A stretch of DNA of 56,659 nt, filler included, from Barthelona sp. PAP020 (taxonomy: Eukaryota): NCBI GenBank assembly GCA_040182905.1. It is 2 parts of 2 records of this genome, joined end to end, with 100 filler letters (N's around TTAATTAATTAA, not from the genome) between each part and the next. Parts side by side here need not be neighbours in the genome. Positions count along the whole stretch, not along the records: positions 1 to 28,356 come from JARQWU010000125.1; positions 28,457 to 56,659 come from JARQWU010000126.1. One strand, 5' to 3'. The notes under the pieces were generated by a model. That model ran no database searches and was not told where the DNA came from. It was given only the letters and a program-made list of their open reading frames with translations. Below are positions 20,887-30,280 of this stretch, one piece after another; positions within the stretch are counted from its first letter, which is position 1, and each line of letters starts with the position of its first letter. Both the position numbers and the translations under genes were made by a program.

Positions 20887-22218
20887 TTAAAACTCATCAA
20901 TACCTATACCTGTTATAACATCATCTGCAATCAAGTCTTTTCTGCTCATAAAAGTAGTGAAAAATTGTTTTTCATCCATGTTGGGCAGAAAACTAATTAA
21001 CTTCTCGTCTAATTCTTCAAAAAAGCATGGATTCAAAGAGTGTTTCATGTTTTCAAGATCTTTGATAGTCTTAATTCGTAACTGTCCACCTCCATTTAAA
21101 CAACCTTTCGGACATGCAGATATCTCAGCAAACCTCATGTTATTAATTGCTGCTTTTTGACGATGAACCCCTGTATTTTTGACTCGAAGAAACAGATTCT
21201 CCAAATCTTGAAACCCTTCAGCCAAAACAACTAATCGATCATTTGTAATGTTCAAACCCCGTTTTTTTGCTAGAGCTGACGATGAATCAAATTCCTTTTT
21301 AATATTTGTGTGTATAAATGATGCTAAAGACCCTGTGGAAGCACCTGTTCCAATCGCTAATTGATCATTAACGAAAGTAACAAGGGGCGATATATTTTCA
21401 GACTCAACATTAAGCATTGGTGTTTCCTTCAACAGATCTTCTTTGATAATATTATAAAATTCAACAGAAGTCAACACAAAGTCAATCATTTTCTTGTCAT
21501 TTCTTTGCAATTCAGGCCTGATTACATCCAACTTATGGTCATGACAACATTCAATAGCACAATGAGCGACATTATCACCATAAATAGAGTGTATCAATAT
21601 ACCATTAATAATAAGTGGGGATACAATGGGAAGAAGATCTGGAATTAAATCTTCGTGCATTTTTTCACAAAAACAAACCCAACCAGGACATTCAGAAGAA
21701 AAGACAAGATGATGCGAATTTTGGACATGTTTCAAAGTCAATTTGGCATGCAAATGATAACTCAGGGCAGAATCATTTATAATCGCATTGTATTTTCTTT
21801 CCAATATGTAACCTATTTTTAAAAAGGTTTCAGTATACGTTAGGTCTAATTGATAAGCAATTGAAATAATAGATTGGGGTGATAAAGTGACAACTAACTT
21901 TTTATTCTGTTCAATACTCTCTTTAATAAATACTGTTTCAAATTTATTTTCTGATTGTGATTCAACTAAGACACTCTCAGATGAAGTAATACATCCACTG
22001 CAAGCCATACAATCTTGTAAAGAAACTTTAATTTTTTTTTTTTCTATTACAGCTGCAGAAGAATCAATAGAATCATCACCAATTTGTAATCTTTGAGGAA
22101 TAGAATTTTGTGAATTTTTCACATCATCTTTTTTTTTTGTATCAAAAACAATACAAGTTGGTGGTACTGTTCCTAAATCATTCAAATCTGACAAGCGTAT
22201 ACCAACACCTGATAACAT
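20887..22218 (-). CDS. NAR1: Cytosolic Fe-S assembly factor Nar1/CIAO3 ([FeFe]-hydrogenase-like)
   Basis: 'IRLSDLND..PPTC'; 'KVSLQDCMACSGCITSSESVL'; 'SSECPGWVCFCEK'; 'CCHDHKLD'; 'EISACPKGCLNGGGQ'; ends in an aromatic residue (..IDEF) as Nar1 proteins do. ATG at 22218. Confidence 0.9.
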   Translation of the reverse strand: MLSGVGIRLSDLNDLGTVPPTCIVFDTKKKDDVKNSQNSIPQRLQIGDDSIDSSAAVIEKKKIKVSLQDCMACSGCITSSESVLVESQSENKFETVFIKESIEQNKKLVVTLSPQSIISIAYQLDLTYTETFLKIGYILERKYNAIINDSALSYHLHAKLTLKHVQNSHHLVFSSECPGWVCFCEKMHEDLIPDLLPIVSPLIINGILIHSIYGDNVAHCAIECCHDHKLDVIRPELQRNDKKMIDFVLTSVEFYNIIKEDLLKETPMLNVESENISPLVTFVNDQLAIGTGASTGSLASFIHTNIKKEFDSSSALAKKRGLNITNDRLVVLAEGFQDLENLFLRVKNTGVHRQKAAINNMRFAEISACPKGCLNGGGQLRIKTIKDLENMKHSLNPCFFEELDEKLISFLPNMDEKQFFTTFMSRKDLIADDVITGIGIDEF

Positions 22219-22462
22219 AAAAAAAGTCAAATCAATTATTTTTATTGTCTATCAGATAAATTCTTTGAAAAAGTTTTTGACTGTATTATATAAGAATCAA
22301 TCAAGAGATATTTCTTGAATTAATTCAGGGGAGATTTTTTCAGTTCCTCAACGAAAAAAGAAAGGGAATCGATTTTTGATCTACTGCGAAACCACGGTTA
22401 AATAAAAAAAGAATAGTTTATTGTTTTTTTATCACTTTTATTTTTACACAATATTATTGAAA

Positions 22463-25400
22463 ATGAGTGAACCAAACAATAATCATGATTATCATGGTTT
22501 CGATGGAAATACTGCTGCTTCTCACATTGCCTACTTTTTCAGTGATAATGCTATCATTTATCCTATTACTCCTTCAACTCCAATGGCAGAAAAAATAGAT
22601 CAATGGTCAGCTGAAAAAAGAAAAAATTATGCAAATCAATGTGTAAGTGTTCAACAGATGGGTTCTGAAGCTCAAGCTGCTGGTGCAGTTCATGGATCTT
22701 TAGTTGCTGGTGGTTTAACTTCCACCTTTACTGCTTCCCAAGGATTGTTGTTGATGATTCCTAACATGTATAAAATGGCTGGTGAATTGTTGCCCGTTGT
22801 TTTCCATGTAGCAGCTAGATCTGTAGCAACCCATGCTTTGTCCATTTTTGGAGATCATTCCGATATTGCTGCTGCAAGAACAACTGGATTTTCTTTTCTT
22901 GCATCAACTGGTGTACAAGAAGCAATGGATTTAGCTATTGTTGCACATTTAAGTACCTTAAAATCATCTATTCCTTTTGTACATTTTTTTGATGGATTCA
23001 GAACTTCTCATGAAGTTAATGTTATCGATGTCATCCCTTATGAAAAATTGGAAACACTTCTGCCTTTGGTTTCTGAAGAAATTAAGGCTTTCCGTGATCG
23101 TGCTTTAAATCCTGAACACCCCAAAATGATTGGAACAGCTCAAACAGCTGATGTATTCTTTCAACAAGCTGAGTCTGTCAACAAATATTATGAAGCAGTT
23201 CCTGAACATACTCAATGGGCTATGGATAGGGTTAAAGAAATTACTGGACGTGAATACCATTTGTTTGATTATTTCGGTCCCAAAAACCCAAAGGTTGTAT
23301 TAATTGCCATGGGTTCTGGTGCACAAGTAATTAAGGAAACCATTGAAAATGTTGATAATGTTGGTCTTATTATTGTACGTCTTTATCGTCCCTTTTCAAT
23401 TGATCATTTTGTCGATTTATTGCCTGAAAGTGTTGAATTGATTACTGTGCTTGATAGATGCAAAGAAACAGCAGCTGTTGGTGAACCTTTGTTTGAAGAT
23501 GTCAGTAGTGCCTTATTAAGTAAGGGTAAACATATTAAGGTGATAGGTGGTCGTTATGGACTTTCTTCTCGAGATTTTGCTCCTATTCATGTCATGGGTG
23601 TTATCAATCATTCTTTTGACTATTTAGCTGGTACTTCAGTGGTAAAAGGAACCAAATTTACTGTTGGTATTATTGATGATGTGACCCATTTGAGTGTTCC
23701 AATTCCTTCTGAACCAATCAACACAGTACCTGAAGGAACCAAACAATTTGTGTTTTGGGGTCTTGGAGGTGATGGAACTGTTGGTTCCAACAAAAATGCA
23801 GTCAAAATCTTAGGGGATGAAGGAATGTTCTCTCAAGGTATGTATGTTTATGATTCTTTAAAGGCTGGATCTTTAACCGTGAGTCACATCAGGTGTGGTC
23901 ATAAGCAAATTTTTTCTCCATATGAGATTGGTGATGCTGATATTGTCTTTTGTTCTCAAGACTCTTATGTTCGTCGTTTTGCTTTATTGGACTCCATTAA
24001 GAAGAGAGGAATTTTTGTTTTAAATGCACCTTGGACGACTGCAGATGATTTCAACTTGCACGTTCCAGCAGAAATGCGTAAAATGATGGTTGAAAAGGAT
24101 CTTACAGTCTACACAATAGATGCCAGTGGTATTGCTGATAAAATTGGTTTGGGTGGAAGAACAAACATGATTTTGCAAGCAGCTTTCTTCAAGATATCTC
24201 AAGTGATTCCTGATATAGATGAAGCTGTCTCTTTATTGAAAAAAGCAGTTGTGACATCTTATGGAAAGAAGGGTCAACACATTGTTGATATGAACTTTGA
24301 AGCTATTGATCATGGTTTAACCAGTTACGTTCAAGTTCCTCTTGATCCTACTTGGTTGAATTTGAAAGACCACGTTGAATCAACCAGTTTCACACCTTAT
24401 GAAAAAACAACTTTCATTAGTGATATTTTTGACCCTTATTTCAAGAGAAGAGGTGATAGCATTCCAGTTTCAAAGTTTACTCCAGGAGGAGCAATTGAAT
24501 TAAATACTTCTGCACATTTGAAGAGAGGAATTGCTTTGAAAGTTCCTTCTTGGGATAGCTCCTTGTGTATTCAATGTAATACTTGTGGTTTTGTTTGTCC
24601 TCACAGTGTCATTAGACCATTTTTATTGACTGATGAAGAAGTTAGTGATGCTCCAGTTCCGCTTGATGTTATTAAGGCTAAAGGTCCAAAAGTTAAGGGT
24701 TTTAACTTTAAGATTCAAATTAGTCCTCTTGATTGTACTGGTTGTGGTTCTTGTGCAAACAGTTGTCCAAAAAAAGGATGTTTAACAATGGTTCCCCTTG
24801 CAGATGTTGTTGATAAGGAAGCTGAAGCTTGGAAATACGTGCGTTCATTACCTAATAAGAGTGAACAACTCGAAATTAATCGTAAGAATTATAAGAACCT
24901 TCAGTATCATCCTCATCATCTTGAATTCAATGGTGCTTGTGCTGGTTGTGGAGAAGTTCCTTATAATAAACTTGTTGCACAATTATATGGTGATAATTTG
25001 ATTATTGCGAATGCTACTGGATGTTCAACCATTTGGGCATCGTCTTATCCATTAAATGTTTATTGTACTAATGAAAAAGGTGAAGGTCCTGCTTGGGGAA
25101 ACTCATTATTTGAAGACAACGCAGAATATGGATTGGGAATGGTATTTGCAGCCAAGCAACGCCGTCAAAGATTATATGACAGAGCAAAAGAAGCTTTGGA
25201 ATTAGATATTCCTGCTGAATTGAAAACGAGTTTGAAAGAATGGTTGGAAGCTTATGACGATCGTGAGGATGCAAAGATTACTGGTAAAAAGCTTATCAGA
25301 CAGTTATTTGAACATGAAGAACTTGTTAAGAGTACACCTGTTTTGCTTGATATATTAAACGAACGCGATTGGTTAAGAAAACCAGTATTCTTCTGTTTTA

Positions 25401-28006
25401 TGGGTGATGGTGCAGCTTACGATATTGGTTATGGTGGTTTAGATCATGTATTGGCATCTGGAGAAGATATCAACATCATGATTATGGATACCGAAGTATA
25501 TTCAAATACTGGAGGACAAAAGTCAAAGGCTACTCATCTTGCAGCTCAACACAAGTTTGCTGCAGATGGTAAAAAGCTTCCTAAAAAGGAGCTTGGATTA
25601 ATGGCTATGATGTATGATAACATTTATGTGGCTTCTTGTGCAATGGGTGCATCACCTAAACAATTTATGGATTGTCTTCAAGAAGGTGTTGATTATAAGG
25701 GACCTTCTTTGCTCATGTGTTATTCTCCTTGTATTGAGCATCAAATAAAGGGCGGTATGGTCCATTCTCAAGACATTCAAAAATTGGCTGTGGACAGTGG
25801 TTATTGGATTAATTGGCACTACAATCCCCTATTGGCTGAAAAAGGAAAATCGCCAATGGTTATTGATTCTAAGGAACCTTCTGTTGATCCTGCAGAATTT
25901 TTGACTCATAACGGACGTTTCCAGAATTTGAAGAGGACATATCCTGATCAGTATGATACATTAACCGCAGAATTATTTAAATTTTTGGAAAAACGTTGGA
26001 AAAAGTATCAAGCCATGGTGATTGCTTATTCTCATTATAATGATGTCGTTCCTAAGGAAAAGAAGGAAAAAGAAGAAAAGCCCAAAAAAGAAAAGGAAGA
26101 GTCCAAGAAGGAAGAGGAAAAACCTAAAAAAGTGGAAATGCCAAGAAAAGAAAAAGAAGAAAAGCCTAAGAAAGAAAAGAAGGCAAAAGATGAAGAAAAG
26201 GGAAATGCTGCTAAATTCAGTTATCTTCCTGTTTATTATGGCTCTGAAACTGGAACTTCTGAGCAATTTGCCATCGATCTTGCCAAACTTTTGGTTGATT
26301 CAGGTATTAATTCTGAAGCTATCTCTTATGGTGAAACCACCATTTCCAAAATCAAAATGAATCCTGGAGCTGTCTTTATCATGTCTTCAACTGGTGTTGG
26401 TGATATGCCTGGTGACGCAGAAGATTTATATGAAGAATTGAGTAATGCCAAGGAAGATACTTTGTCTGGTTTAGAGTTTGGTTTGTTTGGATTGGGAGCC
26501 AAGTCTTATGATGACAGTTATCAAACTGCTCCAAAGAACTTTGAAAGAGAGTTGCTTCGTCTTAATGCTAAACCATTCATTGATCGTGGTGAAGGTGATG
26601 AAGAATGTGATGGAGGTCATGAAAAGACCTTGATGCCTTGGATTCAACAATTATTCCAAGTTGTTTCTTCTTCAACCAAACCATCAGCTTCAACTGATTC
26701 CAAGCAATTTGTCTCAATGAAACAAGAAACTTTTCCAACAATTGAAGCTATGACAAAAGTATTCCCTGTGGTGTCTGGTGCCTCTCAAATCGATATGATT
26801 GAAGAAGACATTGTTGCAGTTGGTGCGGTTGATGCTTGTGTGCGTGATTTCCATGGATATGAGACTCGTTATGGAACGTCTTACAATTCATATCTTATCA
26901 TGGATGAATCACCAGTTTTGATTGATACTGTCAAATACACTCATGCTAATGTGTTGATCAAAAACATACAAAAGATTCTGCCATTGACAGAATTGAAGTA
27001 TGTGATCATCAATCATGCAGAAATCGATCATTGCAGTGGTATTGTTGAAATTATGAAGTTAGCTCCACAAGCTGTTATTATCACAAACAAGAAGTGTCAA
27101 GAAACAATGGAGAAATTATATCCTGAGTCTGCTTCTTACACTTATGACATCATCAAAAATAAGGAAACACGTTGTTTTGGTAAGCATACATTACAGTTTA
27201 TTCTTACTCCATTATTACACTGGCCTGAAAGTATGATGTCCTTCGACATAACCACCAACACTTTGTTTTCCATGGATGGTTTTGGACAACATCGTGCTTG
27301 TGGTGTTCGTGTGGATGATCAACCTGGTGCCCCTGATTTGGCTACACATCTTAATGATCAAAAGGCATATTGGGCTAATATTCTGATGTTATACGGAAAG
27401 CAAGGTCAAAAATTGTTTAAGAGTTTGGAAGGCTTGGAAATCAAGACCATTGCCAATGCTCATGGTCTTGTTTTGCGTAATTATATTCCCCCAGTCTTAG
27501 AGAAAATCAAATCTTGGGCAACACATCAACACAGACCTCAAGTTTTCATCATGTTCGATTCTATGTGGAAAGGTACTCAAAGAATGGCTGAGGCCATCAA
27601 AGATGGTGCTTTGACCAAGGCTTTTGAAGGTGTTGAGGTTATTATTTGTTGTGCGGGACAAACTCATATCACTGATATTGTCACTGATTCTTTGGAATCT
27701 GCAGTTATGGCTATTGGTTCACCCAGATTGAATGGTTCAGTTCTTGCTTCAATTGGATCTGCTGTGACTTATTTAGGAGGGTTACAACCTGATTGGAAGA
27801 GAGATGGTGTGGCTTTTGGTACTGCTGGTTGGGAAGTTAGACAACACCAAAAGACTATGGACAAAATTGTTGAGGATGCTGGACTTGTTCTTGCTGAATC
27901 TGCATTTATTGCTCATTGGAATCCAAACGAAGATGATTTGAAGCAATGTTTCGAGTTGGGACAAAGATTGGCTGAATTAGCTATTAAAAAAGTTCAAAAA
28001 CAATAG
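22463..28006 (+). CDS. Pyruvate:ferredoxin oxidoreductase - flavodoxin - flavodiiron protein (FDP/FprA) fusion, 1847 aa
   Basis: PFO: DGNTAA, YPITPS, FTASQGLLLMIPNMYK, HFFDGFRTSHE, CIQCNTCGFVCPH, CTGCGSCANSCP, ACAGCGE, ANATGCS, GDGAAYDIG..DTEVYSNTGGQ, YSPCIEH. K/E linker at 26051-26203. Flavodoxin 'YYGSETGTSE..SSTGVGDMP..LFGLGAKSY' at ~26228-26663. FDP 'GTSYNSYLI', HAEIDH, LHWPE, SMDGFG, AHG, 'DSMWKGT', 'AFGTAGW' at ~26795-28003. No internal stop. Confidence 0.93.
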   Translation: MSEPNNNHDYHGFDGNTAASHIAYFFSDNAIIYPITPSTPMAEKIDQWSAEKRKNYANQCVSVQQMGSEAQAAGAVHGSLVAGGLTSTFTASQGLLLMIPNMYKMAGELLPVVFHVAARSVATHALSIFGDHSDIAAARTTGFSFLASTGVQEAMDLAIVAHLSTLKSSIPFVHFFDGFRTSHEVNVIDVIPYEKLETLLPLVSEEIKAFRDRALNPEHPKMIGTAQTADVFFQQAESVNKYYEAVPEHTQWAMDRVKEITGREYHLFDYFGPKNPKVVLIAMGSGAQVIKETIENVDNVGLIIVRLYRPFSIDHFVDLLPESVELITVLDRCKETAAVGEPLFEDVSSALLSKGKHIKVIGGRYGLSSRDFAPIHVMGVINHSFDYLAGTSVVKGTKFTVGIIDDVTHLSVPIPSEPINTVPEGTKQFVFWGLGGDGTVGSNKNAVKILGDEGMFSQGMYVYDSLKAGSLTVSHIRCGHKQIFSPYEIGDADIVFCSQDSYVRRFALLDSIKKRGIFVLNAPWTTADDFNLHVPAEMRKMMVEKDLTVYTIDASGIADKIGLGGRTNMILQAAFFKISQVIPDIDEAVSLLKKAVVTSYGKKGQHIVDMNFEAIDHGLTSYVQVPLDPTWLNLKDHVESTSFTPYEKTTFISDIFDPYFKRRGDSIPVSKFTPGGAIELNTSAHLKRGIALKVPSWDSSLCIQCNTCGFVCPHSVIRPFLLTDEEVSDAPVPLDVIKAKGPKVKGFNFKIQISPLDCTGCGSCANSCPKKGCLTMVPLADVVDKEAEAWKYVRSLPNKSEQLEINRKNYKNLQYHPHHLEFNGACAGCGEVPYNKLVAQLYGDNLIIANATGCSTIWASSYPLNVYCTNEKGEGPAWGNSLFEDNAEYGLGMVFAAKQRRQRLYDRAKEALELDIPAELKTSLKEWLEAYDDREDAKITGKKLIRQLFEHEELVKSTPVLLDILNERDWLRKPVFFCFMGDGAAYDIGYGGLDHVLASGEDINIMIMDTEVYSNTGGQKSKATHLAAQHKFAADGKKLPKKELGLMAMMYDNIYVASCAMGASPKQFMDCLQEGVDYKGPSLLMCYSPCIEHQIKGGMVHSQDIQKLAVDSGYWINWHYNPLLAEKGKSPMVIDSKEPSVDPAEFLTHNGRFQNLKRTYPDQYDTLTAELFKFLEKRWKKYQAMVIAYSHYNDVVPKEKKEKEEKPKKEKEESKKEEEKPKKVEMPRKEKEEKPKKEKKAKDEEKGNAAKFSYLPVYYGSETGTSEQFAIDLAKLLVDSGINSEAISYGETTISKIKMNPGAVFIMSSTGVGDMPGDAEDLYEELSNAKEDTLSGLEFGLFGLGAKSYDDSYQTAPKNFERELLRLNAKPFIDRGEGDEECDGGHEKTLMPWIQQLFQVVSSSTKPSASTDSKQFVSMKQETFPTIEAMTKVFPVVSGASQIDMIEEDIVAVGAVDACVRDFHGYETRYGTSYNSYLIMDESPVLIDTVKYTHANVLIKNIQKILPLTELKYVIINHAEIDHCSGIVEIMKLAPQAVIITNKKCQETMEKLYPESASYTYDIIKNKETRCFGKHTLQFILTPLLHWPESMMSFDITTNTLFSMDGFGQHRACGVRVDDQPGAPDLATHLNDQKAYWANILMLYGKQGQKLFKSLEGLEIKTIANAHGLVLRNYIPPVLEKIKSWATHQHRPQVFIMFDSMWKGTQRMAEAIKDGALTKAFEGVEVIICCAGQTHITDIVTDSLESAVMAIGSPRLNGSVLASIGSAVTYLGGLQPDWKRDGVAFGTAGWEVRQHQKTMDKIVEDAGLVLAESAFIAHWNPNEDDLKQCFELGQRLAELAIKKVQKQ

Positions 28007-28195
28007 TTGAATATCCTTTTGTTTTAAAAAAATTTTATAAATATTGTGTAATTTTTCCTTTTTTGCCTCCTAAAGTTTCTTCCAAAAAAAAGAAGTTTTA
28101 AATAGTTTCCACACAACAATTGAAGAAAAAAATTAAGAAAATTCAAGTTTATTTTTATGTTCGGTTTTTCATTTAAAAAGTGGGCAAATCAGAGT

Positions 28196-28356
28196 CTAAT
28201 AATCCTTAGATGACTTTTTTCCTTTAACAGGACGATATCTACCAATGATTGTTGCATGGTTTCTTTCAAAAGGTTCCAAAGACATTAATTCCTCAGTAAC
28301 AATACCTTCAGCTTTGAAGGAATCATTAACCATAGCATAAACAACTTCAGGATCAA
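28196..28356 (-). CDS. FBL: Fibrillarin (Nop1) C-terminal fragment, truncated by contig end; missed by ORF track
   Basis: Manual translation DPEVVYAMVNDSFKAEGIVTEELMSLEPFERNHATIIGRYRPVKGKKSSKDY* matches the fibrillarin 'EQLTLEPYERDHAVVVGxYR' terminus. Confidence 0.85.
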
Positions 28357-28456
28357 NNNNNNNNNNNNNNNNNNNNNNNNNNNNNNNNNNNNNNNNNNNN
28401 TTAATTAATTAANNNNNNNNNNNNNNNNNNNNNNNNNNNNNNNNNNNNNNNNNNNN
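28357..28456. other. Artificial contig spacer: 44 N + TTAATTAATTAA (stops in all six frames) + 44 N
   Basis: Seen directly; symmetric 100-nt linker. Confidence 0.97.
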
Positions 28457-28585
28457 AAACCCATCTTTAAAATGTAATTTTTTGTCTTGCAAATTAATTT
28501 CTTGCTTTAATTGGTCAGTGTCATTTAAAAAATCTAGTAATTGTTTCTTTCGGGGGGAAACATATGCTTGTTTGATTTCATTCAT
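28457..28585 (-). CDS. Possible N-terminal fragment of an unknown gene running into the spacer
   Basis: ATG at 28585 is open to the gap: MNEIKQAYVSPRKKQLLDFLNDTDQLKQEINLQDKKLHFKDGF. Not fibrillarin-like. Confidence 0.4.
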
Positions 28586-29020
28586 ATAAATCGTGAATAG
28601 ATGTCGAAATCACAGAGAAAGACAATATACAAATTCAAAAAAAAAAAGCTCCTTTTCATTTTCTTTTAAAAAAGCAACATATTTTTATTTTGTTGGCATT
28701 TTTGGAGATTCAAGATTCTTTAAAAACTGTTCAACAATTTTTTAAGATTCCTTAAATTTTACATATTTGGCTCTGTTTTATAAAACCTGTAATTTTAAAA
28801 CATTGTTTTTTGTTCAAAAGGTAAGATAAATGAATTTTTGAAAAAGGATTGAAAATGTTAAACAACTTCAAAAACGGATCATTTCACCCAATCATCATAT
28901 CCAGGATTAATAATGACATGAAAGGTTCTCCAAAAGACTAATATTGAACTTGACCTTGTTAGCCTTCAAGGATATTTATTCATTCCGATTAATTTTCAAT
29001 AGAATTTTTTTGTATTCGAA

Positions 29021-30280
29021 ATGCCAAAGGCTGTTGTGTTAGTATTAGGAGATCTAGGAAGATCACCGAGAATGCAATATCATTGTACTTCATTGGCAAA
29101 TAATGGTTATAATGTTGATTTTGTTGGATATGAAGGAACAATACCTCATTCAAGAGTTACAGATCATACCAATATTCGACTTAAATATTTAAGAAAACCA
29201 TTAAACAGAAGAGTGTACGGATTTTTTTTTCCTATTCTTGCATTTTACAAATTGTTTGTTCAATTTTTGTCAGTATGTCATTGTTTATTTACCAATGGAC
29301 CAATTGATATTGTTTTGGTTCAAAATCCTCCATGTATTCCAATTTTAGCTGCGATCCAATTTGTACGGATTTTTAAGAAGTTTAAGTTTGTAATTGATTG
29401 GCATAATTTAGGGTATTCTATTCTAGCTTTACAGTTTGAAACCAATATAATCAGTAAAACTATTGTTTTTATTGCAAAGATATATGAAATGTTTTTTGGA
29501 CATTTTGCGGATATCCATTTGTGTGTTTCCAATACAATGAAGCAATTTTTGGAGAACCAATTTCATATTTCCAATGTTATTGTTCATTATGACAGACCGT
29601 TTGATACTTTTTCAGAATTAACTATTCAACAAAAGCATGATTGGTTTGAAAAAAATTATAAATCTTTAGAGTTGAATGAAAATTTGTTTACAATTCGCAA
29701 CTCTGATAACACCATTCACTATCGTCAAGATCGTCCCTTTTTTTTGGTCACTTCCACCAGTTACACACCAGATGAAGATTTATCAATAATATTGGAGGCT
29801 TTGGAAGAGATTGACCTAAAACATGAAAAGCGAATTATTTTGGCTATTACTGGTAAAGGACCTTTGAAGGAACACTATAAAGAATTGATTGAATCAAAGT
29901 TTAACTGCATTAGAAACATTAAAGTTGTTCAAGTTTGGCTAAAAGCCGAAGATTATCCCAAGATATTGGGATGTGCTGATCTTGGTATTTCTTTACATTC
30001 ATCTAGCAGTGGAATTGACCTTCCTATGAAAGTTGTTGATATGTTTGGTGCAAGACTTCCAGTTTTGGCCGTTAGATTTAAAGCAATCGAAGAGTTGGTC
30101 ACTCCTAGGGAAACTGGTGAAATATTTGATAATCATGTTGAATTGTGCTGTCTTTTGTTAAAATATTTGGATAACTCCATGATTTTGTCTGAATTCAAAG
30201 AGAATATTAGAAATTCTCAGAAAGTTGAATCGTGGGATAAGGAATGGAATCGTACCATTTTACCTCATGTAAAACTGTAA
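29021..30280 (+). CDS. ALG1: Chitobiosyldiphosphodolichol beta-1,4-mannosyltransferase
   Basis: 'VLVLGDLGRSPRMQYH'; 'VQNPPCIP'; 'IDWHNLGYSIL'; 'TSTSYTPDED'; 'CADLGISLHSSSSGIDLPMKVVDMFG'. Confidence 0.95.
   Translation: MPKAVVLVLGDLGRSPRMQYHCTSLANNGYNVDFVGYEGTIPHSRVTDHTNIRLKYLRKPLNRRVYGFFFPILAFYKLFVQFLSVCHCLFTNGPIDIVLVQNPPCIPILAAIQFVRIFKKFKFVIDWHNLGYSILALQFETNIISKTIVFIAKIYEMFFGHFADIHLCVSNTMKQFLENQFHISNVIVHYDRPFDTFSELTIQQKHDWFEKNYKSLELNENLFTIRNSDNTIHYRQDRPFFLVTSTSYTPDEDLSIILEALEEIDLKHEKRIILAITGKGPLKEHYKELIESKFNCIRNIKVVQVWLKAEDYPKILGCADLGISLHSSSSGIDLPMKVVDMFGARLPVLAVRFKAIEELVTPRETGEIFDNHVELCCLLLKYLDNSMILSEFKENIRNSQKVESWDKEWNRTILPHVKL

Noticed and set aside
20887..22218. [FeFe]-hydrogenase next to PFO (hydrogenosomal-type pair)
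   Set aside because: The motifs (SLQDCMACSGC, CPGW, GCLNGGGQ, terminal aromatic residue) fit Nar1/CIAO3; the H-cluster signatures TSCCPxW and MPCxxKxxE are not intact.
25973..26360. Overlapping Phe-rich (-) and Lys/Arg-rich (+) ORFs in the PFO linker
   Set aside because: Shadow frames of the purine-rich K/E linker.
28401..28412. Palindromic TTAATTAATTAA as a biological element
   Set aside because: Flanked by exactly 44 N on each side; a synthetic six-frame-stop linker.
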